64,000 nt of DNA from positions 25,122,464 to 25,186,463 of the forward strand of contig NC_043011.1 in NCBI RefSeq assembly GCF_006345805.1. The letters run 5' to 3'. The notes beneath the pieces are model-generated. The model saw only the letters and a program-made list of their open reading frames with translations. It was not told the origin of the DNA and did no database searches. The DNA comes from Octopus sinensis. Lineage: Eukaryota. This document shows, piece after piece, positions 13,550 through 24,342 of this stretch; position 1 is the first letter of the stretch, and every line of letters starts with the position of its first letter. Made by a program: the position numbers and the translations under genes.

Positions 13550-13929
13550 ATACATACACATAACAATACACATATGTCTGTGTCTATGTGTGCGCGTGTG
13601 TGATGTTATACCTGAATCTAAAATGTCAACATTTGTTTCTTTAATTTCCTTGGGGGAAAAAAGCCCTTTGACTATAACTTGCTGCTTGCTGATAAGAAAT
13701 CCTTCAATCTGCTATATATTCTTCTTTGACTTTACTTTCTTGTTGCCTTTTTTATTTAATGAGGGAGGTGGTTTTTTCCGCTTTTTTTTAAACCTTGGTT
13801 GTTGTCTTTTTCTTTTCAGTAAAAGTCTGGCTGGAAAACTTTTTTGTTTCCAAACAATAATGTCTTCAATGTGTCTATGTATGGATGTGGTATTTTGGGA
13901 AAGAAAAAGAGACAGAGATTATGTTTGCA

Positions 13930-13964
<35 letters not shown>

Positions 13965-14346
13965 AAGATACTTTTCTCAAATTCTTTTAAATGATGTGTG
14001 TGGTGTATGTTCACATGAATTTGTGATATACCTGAAATAAGCTTGGATATATCCACTGCTACTTCCATTCGTTGCAGCAGGCCCAGGCCCACATAAATTT
14101 GCATTTACAGTCAAAAAGAGAGTAAAAGGAGGAGGAGGCAGAAACTGTGCCTTTTTCTTTAGTTCATGGTTTGATTGAAGGGTGATGTGTAAAAAAAAAA
14201 GGAACAGAATAAAATGGATCTGTCACAAAATCCTTATAGTGTCTGAATCCATGTAAAAGAAAGAGGGAGTAGGTGTGATTTGGAAGGGAGGAAATGGAAA
14301 GAGGTTCTGGGGCAGGGCAGGCAAGAAAGAGTACTAGAGCAGAGTA
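13550..14346 (-). other. Probable proximal 3' UTR of CARM1 (end not defined)
   Basis: Follows the stop codon, has no recognisable TE, and has AATAAA on the minus strand at 13751-13756. The true cleavage site cannot be seen from sequence. Confidence 0.45.
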
Positions 14347-14469
14347 CTAGACAGCTTCAGACTTGCGGTAGTTATTAGCGGGGGTGACAACATTACCAGG
14401 CATTACATAGTCACCTATCATGAACTGGTTACTAACAGGATAATGACTTGTACCTCCAGTGATGACATT
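14347..14469 (-). CDS. CARM1: CARM1 last coding exon, 123 nt including TAG
   Basis: Long polypyrimidine acceptor tctttctttctttcatag|AAT. NVITGGTSHYPVSNQFMIGDYVMPGNVVTPANNYRKSEAV*; phase 0 matches the preceding exon. Confidence 0.9.
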   Translation of the reverse strand, partial: NVITGGTSHYPVSNQFMIGDYVMPGNVVTPANNYRKSEAV

Positions 14470-14647
14470 CTATGAAAGAAAGAAAGAAAGAGAGAGAAAC
14501 GTAAAAAAATTTTAGTTAGAAAGTGCAATCAAGACACAACAAACATTAACTAATAGTTTTTTGTTTTTTTTTTTTGTTTTTTGAAAAAAAAAAAATCTAA
14601 ATTACTTAAATATATTTAAAATTCATTAGAAATTCTGTGTCAAGTCT

Positions 14648-14838
14648 TTAACCCTTTAGCATTCAGATTACTATTCTATCAAATGTAATGCTTATTTATT
14701 CACAGTTTTGAATCAGTCATGCATAATCTCATAGACTCAAGATTTTGATGATATGATTGCTTTGTTTTATTTTTAGAATGACACTGCAGGGTAGGTACGA
14801 GAGGTTAGGTCATACCGATTTAAATGCTAAAAGGCTAA
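14648..14838. mobile_element. piggyBac-like MITE (same family as 48750)
   Basis: ttaa|ccctttagcattcagatta ... aaatgctaaaaggctaa. Confidence 0.7.
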
Positions 14839-17417
14839 TAGTTTCGTGACAAGATTTCTAATGGTATATGTCCGTAAGTTTTGACTGGAGATATTTAGTA
14901 AATTTATTAGTGTTTTTAATGAACTGTGATGATGGGAAAGCAGTAAATTTATACATGAACACTTTAAAACAAGAGGTTCTGTATCAGAACTGGGGTCAAT
15001 CTCAGGCTGATCAATATCAAAAGGGTTAATTTCTTGTTTGCTTTTTCTTTCTTTTTTTTGCTCCCCTCCAAAAATGTTGCACAAATCACATTAGGAACAA
15101 CTGATTATTGTTCGTGTATTTTGATAAGGTTTATTGGTCTTCTGTAGGTTCATATGACAAACACAGAGACAGAATGAGAGGAAGAACAATCCCTCATTTT
15201 AACTTCTGTTCTGCCCTGTTTGTGGAAATTAGGTGAGAAATCCCAGTCAATATTTGCACCACAGCCGACACAAAAATGTACTTCAGACATCGGCTCTCAT
15301 GCCATTCAGTGTGTGCACACGCATGTGCATGTTCAGGAATGCAAGTATATGTAAATATATTTCAATGCAAAACTTAGAAAACTAAATTTAATGAATTCTC
15401 TCTTACACAGCCATGAAACCTGTGGATTTTTTTTTTTTTTTAATGAAGAGGGAAAAATTCCAACAAAGAACATGAGAGCAGTTTTTTTGTTGTTTTTTTT
15501 TTTAAATTCAGCTTGATACACAATCCAGAGTTTGTTAGTGGGTTATATAGTTCTAAATGTATAATGAGACTCACTGTATTCAATGATACCCAACAGTTGC
15601 AGAAGGTTTTCAGTTGTATTTTGTCAACAGTGCTATGCAGTTTCTCTGATCTTAACTATACCTAAGTACCATACAAGTAATGGAAGCACTGAAAAACTGA
15701 TGAGTGTTCTATTAGCTTACATTACCAAATTGAAATCCACCAATGAGAGACTGTGTTCCACTAGCCATGCTCTAGATATACCACACAAGCTGAAATCTGT
15801 TTATATGTACTATATGAATATGTATGGATATATGTATGGATGATGGGTGGTTCACGATAAGTTCCTTTCACAACCACACGGTCCCAGGTTTGGTTCCACT
15901 ACACGGTATCTTGGGTAAATGCCTTTAGCATATCCTCAAGCTGACCCAAGCCTTGTTAGTGAAATTAAATGAAAACTATACAGAAACCTGATAGATGGAA
16001 TGAGCTTTGTCATTCAAAGATCCAGCATTATCAAACTGTGCTACACTGATTCTACTTCTGAAGTACATTAAAGTACATGTACCTGTAAAATACTCAGCCA
16101 CCTCTCATACTAAATCATTAATTAGTTCATTCAACTGATCAAACAATTAGATGCTCAGATGTCAAAACTGAGTCCATCATAAAATGACCATATTACATTA
16201 AATGAGAATGTGGGTAAACAAAAAGACAAAGCAAATTAAGGAATATTAGGTGGTTAATCAGTTGCTTTTTTTTTTGTTTTGTTTTTTATACATTTGTGCA
16301 TTTATTCCTCACTTCTCTGGAAACCTGTCATCACCATTTAACAACCACTTCTCCATGTCTGTTTGGATCAGATAGAATTTGTTGAGGAAGATTTTCTACA
16401 GCTAAATGCTTTTCAAGTCACTATCCCTCACCTGTTTACCAAGCATTGTAATATTTCCTGTGGCCAGACATTTTTCACGCTTGTTTACAACCACCACTTA
16501 CGTCAAGAGACAGGTGCACATACACACATATAAAATGGGCTCATTTTAATTTCTGTCTACCAGATCCACTCACAAAGACACTTGCTCAAGGTGCTGTACA
16601 GTGAGACTAAACCAAAGCCCAAATGTTTGAGAAGCAAGCTTCTCAACTACCCAGCCAGGCTAGCACCTTGTATATCTACACCGTTGTATTCTTGCATAAG
16701 CTTAATTTTTCTTCCAAAAACTAATCAAAATCTGAAGTTGAAGTTAACTAATAATATAAGTCAGGCGCACACACACACACACAGTCTAGGCAAGTACAAG
16801 ACTGCAGAAACTCAAGCTGTAAAACTGTAGTGATACAAAAAACGTGAGTCATCTTACTCAACTATCAATTTTGCCTTTGGTGGAATTTACTTAAATCAAT
16901 AGGCTGTTGATATACTGGTTAACAAATGATTGGTGTAATATATCCCATAATGCCACAGATCAATATATAACTATAGACAAGCCTGGCATAGTCAACAATT
17001 GCTATGATTAAGCACCAAATGATCAACATCAAAGTGCAGTGCTGAGCTGAAATGCTATCAGTGGAATAGCTACAAAAGGCATTAACTATATTGATTTCAA
17101 ATTTTTGTACAAGACCAGCAACTTCCAGGAAGTGGATAAGTCAATTACATTGACCCCCAGTACTCAACTGGTACTCATTTTATTGACTTCAAAAGGATGA
17201 AAGACAAGATCAACCTCGGCAGCATTTGAATTTAGAACATAAAAACAGATAAAATTCCACAAAGCATTTTACCTGGCATGCTAATGGTTCTGCCAGCTCA
17301 CCGCCTTAGCACTATATTAAAATCTATAAAATCAATATGCTTCTTCCTCCACCTTTCCATTTATAGAGGAATCTGATTGGGGAAAATTCGAATAATTAAC
17401 AATTACACTTGCAAAAT

Positions 17418-17682
17418 GTGGAGGCGCAATGGCCTAGTGGTTAGGATCGCGGTTTCGATTCCCAGACCGGGCATTGTGAGTGTTTATTGAGCGAAAACAC
17501 CTAAAAGCTCCACGAGGCTCCGGCAGGGGGTGGTGATCCCTGCTGTACTCTTTCACCACTCTTTCTTCTGTTGGCCTGCTCGCTTAGCCAGCGGGGTGGC
17601 GTCATTCGAAGGCTAAAACAATGCGAACGCATTGTGACCAGCAATGTGTAACAACATCTGATGGTCTGGTCGGTCACGTGAT
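17418..17682 (+). mobile_element. Young tRNA-derived SINE with 12-bp TSD
   Basis: TSD cacttgcaaaat at 17406-17417 and 17683-17694. A-box (tggcctagtgg) and B-box-like (ggtttcgattccc) separated by an internal deletion; CpG-rich; cacgtgat tail. Confidence 0.85.
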
Positions 17683-18583
17683 CACTTGCAAAATAGTGAA
17701 ACTGATGTACTCACTGTGGGATCTGAAAAGACTTTAAAATATAGTAAAACTAAGAAATAGACCTGGTCTGAAATTCATCTAAGACTTACATCCTGATGTT
17801 GTCACGCATCCTATCAAAAGACACCACATTTCTCAAATACCTAACATTTTGAAAATTGTTATCAGCTCCAATGAATAGTAATGGTGAATGAGTGAGGGGA
17901 CATTGAGCAAGAAAGGTGGAAGCAGTCAAAAATGAGAATTAACCATTTTCAGGTAATGTACATTTTCCAGAAGATACAACAGTTGATAAACTGTATACTG
18001 TATATAAAGCTAATATACAATTGTTTAGATGCTGGTGAACAACACTTTTTACAGACAGTCCATCTCTGACCATCCTGTCTTTGAGGTGGTGTATCAAAAA
18101 CTATTTTGTCTGTGCACTTTCCTTTTCATGTTTTAAGGAAAATTATACATTTCTGAGAGAGTACATTATTATTTGCTGTTGATAGTAGGTTGTGAGCAGA
18201 TAGCAGCTTCCTCACTGATTTATGTAATGTGTACCTCATTTAATATAGGCAACTATGCACAGGGGTCATAACTTCTAATTTACAGCAACAGTAATATATA
18301 TCTTTACATGTTCATTTTTATTACATGCAGTGCCACATAAAAACACCCAGCACACTATAAAGTGGTTGATGTTAGGAAGGGTACCCAGCCACAAAAGCTA
18401 TGTCGAATCAGACTGGTATCTGGTGCAGCTCCCCAGCTCTAGTCAAAGCATCCAACCCATGCCAGCATGGACAAGACATTAAATGACGACGATGAATTTG
18501 CTTCAGTAGCTTATGCATACTTATGTATATGCTTGTGCATATATATCTACACACACACACATATATATAGATTTTCTATGTAC

Positions 18584-18617
<34 letters not shown>

Positions 18618-19269
18618 ATGCAGGCATAGTTGTGTGGCTTAGAAGCTTGATTCCCACATGGTTTTGAGTTCAGTTCTAGTGCATAGCAATTTGAGTATCT
18701 CCTTGAGCAAGTATCTTCTACTACAGCCATGAGCCAATCTCAGGCTTAGTGAATGGACTTGATACACAATTTGGTGACTGGAAGACCATTGAATATATAT
18801 ACATCTGTATTATTTTATTGCCTTATATAATAATTGTAAACAAGGGCCAACCTCATATAAGTAGTACCTTTTGTTTCTTATTTTCCATCAAACCATATCC
18901 AGCTATAGGAAGTATTACCTTGCTAGGAAACAGGTGAGACCTGGCAACAGGAAGGGCATCCACCCATAGGATATCCTAAGTCAGTGAATTCTGTCTGACC
19001 CATGCAAGCATAGAAAAGTAGACAAAATTCATTGAAGGAATAGAAGGAAAATCGTTCTTTTAAATATGTTAGTGACATGGCACCAAGTTTGAATATAAAG
19101 GTCCCATGGTCCTGCATTCCCTATCAGTGGTAGCCAGATTATCTGACTTAGAGGATGTAAAACTCTATTTCGTTAATTTCTCTATCATTTTTTCCTTGAA
19201 GAGCTGTCTGAAATGCTGGATTTTCCACACCCATGACAAGTCCACAGCATTCTTATCAATTTTACTATA

Positions 19270-19645
19270 TAAGGTGTGGCTGTGTAGTAAGAAGCTTGTA
19301 TCCCTACTACATGGCTCCAGGTTCAGTCTCATTGCGTTGCACTTTGGGCTGACCAAAGCCTCGTGAGTGGATTTGATAGACAGAAATTGAAAGAAACCCA
19401 TCGTATGTATGTACATATGTCTTTGTGTTGTGTTTGCCCTCACACCCTCCACTGCTCGACAACTGGTGCTGGTGTGCTTACATCCCCATAATCTTCATAA
19501 CTTAACCATTTGGCAAAAGACCAAAAGAATAAATACCAAGCTTTTAAAAAATAAGTACTGGAGTCAATACATTTGACTAAAAATTCTTTAAGGCGGTGCC
19601 CCAGTATGTCTGCAGTCTAAGGACTGAAACAAGTAAAAAATAAAA
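19270..19645 (+). mobile_element. SINE family A copy
   Basis: Collinear with the reverse complement of 2490-2898. Confidence 0.8.
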
Positions 19646-22595
19646 GATATATATCTCACCAACACTAGCCACAACTACAATTTCGCTTAGCTTGATGTGT
19701 ACTCTCAAGCACAGCCGAGAATTCTGGCAATTAACTGTGCTTGAGAAAACCATGTCAAACTAAGTGAAGTCATAGTCAAGCACAGGGCCAGTGGTGAGAG
19801 AAAGGTACCTGATGTGATGAGTCTGAATGTATATGTTTATGTCTCCTTGCCATGACATCATGTGAGAGTTGTAAATGAGCGTCATTTTCATACAGTGTAA
19901 TTCATTTCCAATGATCTCCAAAAATTGTCTGGCTATGGGGAAATATGACCTTGCTTGGAAATAGGTGAGAAGTAGCAAACAGGAAGGGAATCTAGGAGTG
20001 GAAAATCCTCTTCAAAAGCTATTGAATCCATGCAAGCATGGAGAAGTGGACATTAAAATAGTGGTGATTATTATAATATCCTATCTAGCTACATACACAC
20101 ACGTTAATATCAACTAGTGATAATGAGTGCTCAATACCACATTGGTAGATAAATATTCTTTATTCGTGGGTTAAACAGGCTACCATTGGTTTCATTCAAA
20201 GAGAAATAACTCTCTTGACAATTTTCAAGCCTATTGCAAAGAACATTGGTGTTTCTCTCCACATCACTAATGCTGACACAATGATAAAATTAGAAGCTGT
20301 CCATCACATTTCAAGTAAGGTTTTTGTCTTTTTTAAACCATTAACATGCATCTGCCACTGCCTATGTTCTACCAAATGCACATACATCTGTTTTGCACCC
20401 TAAGCTACTAGTTCTCTTACTATGCTTGGCTTTATTTAGGCCATTCATGAGGAAATGGTAAGAACATAAGTGTTGTTATATAGCAACTCTGCTGCTACAA
20501 AGAAACAGAATGCAGAAAATGGGGAACTCCTAACTGAACAACTGTGCTGTCAGGAATAAGATATCCACCATTAATTAATTATGGAAATTTTCCAACCCTG
20601 TCTAGTTTTCTTAATCTGCATATCTCTCCTTAACCTACAACATACACTATAGTGAGTAAGTGTGTGTATGTATGTCTGTGTTTGTGTGTACATGTAACTC
20701 TAAACAGCAAGGGTCTTTTACCTACAAGATAAACAGCAGAAAAATCGATTTATATTTAGATACCAAATTTGAAAAAGAAAAACAAATTTTATAAATATTA
20801 GGAAAGAAAAAAAAAACAGATCTTAAGCATGAATATGAAAGAGTATGAATGACGTGTGTGAAATATTGCTGCTCTATGTTAGTGTGCCTAATGGTGGGAG
20901 GAAACTAGTTTTACTGGTATTCATAAGTGCATTTATGGTTTTCCATGTGAATACATGCAAATGTACATTTTGGCAAGCATTTGTGCATCTACACATGCAA
21001 ATTTCTGTGGATTTCTTCAGCAGTCAAATTAATGAGAAGCTATTGAATATTCTAAATACTGTTGAAACAAACTAGGTTTAATACAAACAACAGTTTGGGC
21101 AAATATAAAATGAAAGCAGAATTTTAAAATATCTATTGCTTTCCATAATATCTCATAAATCCTTTGCTGCTACCCAAGACAATATAATTAAATAATTAAC
21201 TTATGCTAAGGCTCAGGGCTACAAATTTTGTAAAGGGAGGAATATGGTCAGAGTCGCTTCAGTGCTTTACTAGTGACTATTTTGTTGACTCCTAAAAGAT
21301 GAAAAATAAGAGTAAAAATTAATCCTAACCCCTGTCGGTGGAGCTTTCAACTCAAAATCTAGAAAGATGAAATTCAAATACAATAATGTGTATAGACCAA
21401 CATCTTACTGTCTCAACCATCTCTAACAAGCTAACATGGTTAAATATACAAAAACAGGAGGTTAGGAAATTATGTGAAGTCATTCATCCTTACAAGAGCA
21501 TTTAGAAATAAATCTCATTAACATAATACATTAGTTATGGAAACAAGAATTTAACTTTAAAAAATTACAAGTATCCACAATTGTTATTATACATACTTAT
21601 AAATAACATAAAATTTTAAATCTAAGTTTGACACAGTATCATGTCAAAAATATCTCACTTTACAGCAACCAAAAATAATAATAATAATAATAATCAAAAG
21701 AGAAATAATTGCATTAAAGGAGACCATTCAAATTATTCTAATCCAATATTTGTATTGCTTTTAAACAATTATCACCAAGACATTAGAAATAAACAAAACA
21801 GAAAGATAGGAAAGAAATTATCAAGCTAATTTTCTGTGAATATAAGTCACTCATAGAGTAGCATGATGATGTAAACCTATCGCTGTTGATGCAAACAGTA
21901 ATTAAAGCAAAGAAAAGGTTCTTGTTATAGTCTTAAGAGCACTATAACAATATTAGTAAAGAGAGAACATACAGGTATAAATATGTAATAGAGAATATAC
22001 AGAAGTCCCATAAAACTACTGCTTTCAGGAAATGAGGTGATGATGCAATAGACATCGCATTGCAAAAGAGCTACTAATTTTTTTAATTGTGCATTTATGA
22101 ACAACTGCATCATTGATTGCAGATTTCCATCACTGGCTCATACACTTACAATATAGGTGCAGTCCAGAATGATTAAATTACTATAAAGTATTCTTGTTTG
22201 ATGCATTGATTTATCGGCAATGTTTTGCCAATATATGCCTACTTCATTCAAAATGCATTTGTCAACTCTAAGCAATACTATACTTGCCCAAGGTTCTGCA
22301 TTGTGCAATTGAACCCTATGGTTGCAAAGTAAAGGGAAATTAATTAACCCTTCCTTCATAAATGCTATCTGCTCACACAAACTCTATCATCTAAATATAA
22401 GAAACAAATCTCAGTTAAATGGAATTACTTCCTGACTAGAAAACATTCAGAACAATAGTTATATTTTTAAAGATACATAAACAAACAAAAAGGTTAAACC
22501 CTGAATTAAAAAAAAATAAAGACTGATGATGATTGTATGTGGAGTGGTGTGTATGCAACTGTATGTGGGTGAGAGGTCAGTAGGAGCAGACCCAC

Positions 22596-22714
22596 CTGTG
22601 AACTAAAGCTGGCTGGGCTGATTCCTCCTCCAATTGAGGTGCGGTTGGCATTGGCATTTGAGACAGGGTTAACAACACTGGGAATGCTGCCCGGGTTGAT
22701 GGGTGCAATTGTGG
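22596..22714 (-). CDS. CARM1: CARM1 tail exon, 119 nt, phase 1 to 0 (positional equivalent of the automethylation-site exon)
   Basis: Acceptor atcctttcag|CC and donor CAG|gtgggt. (S)TIAPINPGSIPSVVNPVSNANANRTSIGGGISPASFSSQ; in frame between 39194 and 14469. Confidence 0.88.
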
Positions 22715-23644
22715 CTGAAAGGATATATGGCATACAAACCAATCAGACATGATTGCTAGGGATAACAATTTGCAAGGTAACCCAGATTTCCAAAAGACAG
22801 AAAGACACAACAAATATATTCAGATCACTATTAACCCCACTAATTACAGAGAAACAAAGGAATCAAACCAGACCCTGATACAGAATATGGTTAAAGTAAC
22901 ATGTGAAAAAGAAAGAGGAGTGCAAAGATAGCCACCTGCATGGCTGCTAAAAAAAGGTAAACTATTGGCTGAAGTTTAAGAGCGCTGATTGGCTTAAAAC
23001 TTATATCATAGATAAGGAAATATAGCAAATGAGCCACAAATAGTCTAAGAACAGTGAGAGTGATCGAGGAAAATAATTTTGCCGTTAGAATCTCTCACTT
23101 AAGTTTTGATGCATTTTGTATAAATGATGAAGCAATAAAAAAAAATCTTACATCCTAATTGTGCAGATGGCAAAAAAAAAAAAAAAATGGCAACATGGTA
23201 AACTAGACCAGATCTACACAGAGGAAATTTCAGAAGATATATATATAAATTTATATATACATATATACATGTATATGTATATATATGTATATTAGGTATA
23301 AACAAATATAAGCATGAGTCAAAATTGGCTTTGGGAGAATGTTTAAAATGGTTGAGTTTATTTTCTCTCCCATTATATTCAAATGGTTTAAAATCAAATA
23401 AAGGAAAGTGCTCAAAACAAGAATGAGAGAGAAACTTCAGGTACTCATATCCAATAGAAGAGACAAGAAAAAAATACAGCATTTAACAAAACCAATTCAA
23501 GAACAATAAAACAGAAATTATGCAAATGAATAAAATTCAAAAATAAAGTAAATAGAAAAGAAATGACCAGTCAATGAAGACCATGTTAAGAAAACCAGCT
23601 GCCACCATCTTTGAATCAAGATGGAAGAATTTAACCATACTCAC

Positions 23645-23685
23645 CGTTGGACAAAGGGCTGAGGTGGTGACAGGTGCATCTAAAC
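23645..23685 (-). CDS. Candidate alternative 41-nt micro-exon of CARM1 (C)LDAPVTTSALCPT
   Basis: Acceptor cccttgccctgttag|GT and consensus donor ACG|gtgagt. GC-rich island, open in phase 1; TGCATG at 23713-23718 upstream. Confidence 0.5.
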
Positions 23686-23929
23686 CTAACAGGGCAAGGG
23701 TTCAAATCATTACATGCAAACTTTATAAAGCAGACAAAGTTTAGACAGAAATTTCCAGAAGCCCATCAGAAACCAGCTATTAATAACCAACAATAATTAG
23801 TGCTAATAACCAACTAGTCATCTACTTCTTTACAACACATCACTTCATATATAAAGCATACATCAAATTGCTCTAACTTTTAACAAACCTATATAAACAG
23901 TAATGTATATATCACAAAAAAAGAGTTAA

Positions 23930-24248
23930 GACCCCCTTCGGTCATGAATGACCATGGGATTGCACCTAGAAAGTTACCTTCTGAGGAACAAGTCCAGGAA
24001 AGATTGTTTATAGAAGACCAGCAGTCACTCATGCACACCAGCCTCCCCTCACCACACCATTGATGTTATCCAAGGGAAAAGCAGATACAGCTTGGCACCA
24101 GTGACATCGCAACTCATTTCTACAGCAGAGTCAACTGGAGCAACATGAAATAAAGTGTCTTGCTCAAGAACACAACACACAGCCCAGTCTGGGAATTGAA
24201 CTCCCACCCTCGTGATTGTGAGCCCGACGCTCTAAGCCATGCACCTTC
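23930..24248 (-). mobile_element. SINE family B-related copy
   Basis: Shares ggagcaacatgaaataaagtgtcttgctcaagaacacaac with 6218-6538. Confidence 0.8.
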
Positions 24249-24259
24249 ATATATATCAT

Positions 24260-24342
24260 ATTGTTCAAGGTTTGTAACTGATTTATATCTAAATATATCA
24301 TATATTTAGATATGAATCGGTCAGGTACAAACCTTGAACAAT
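24260..24342. repeat. Palindrome, arms about 40 bp, 3-nt loop
   Basis: attgttcaaggtttgta..atatctaaatata|tca|tatatttagatat..tacaaaccttgaacaat. Confidence 0.8.

Noticed and set aside
13518-13994. Longest ORF in the track (158 aa, plus strand)
   Set aside because: Microsatellite-derived and F/L/C-rich; it is the antisense of the CARM1 3' UTR.
15556-15620. Strong minus-strand donor ACA|gtgagt in the last intron
   Set aside because: No good acceptor upstream, and the phase-0 frame hits TGA immediately.
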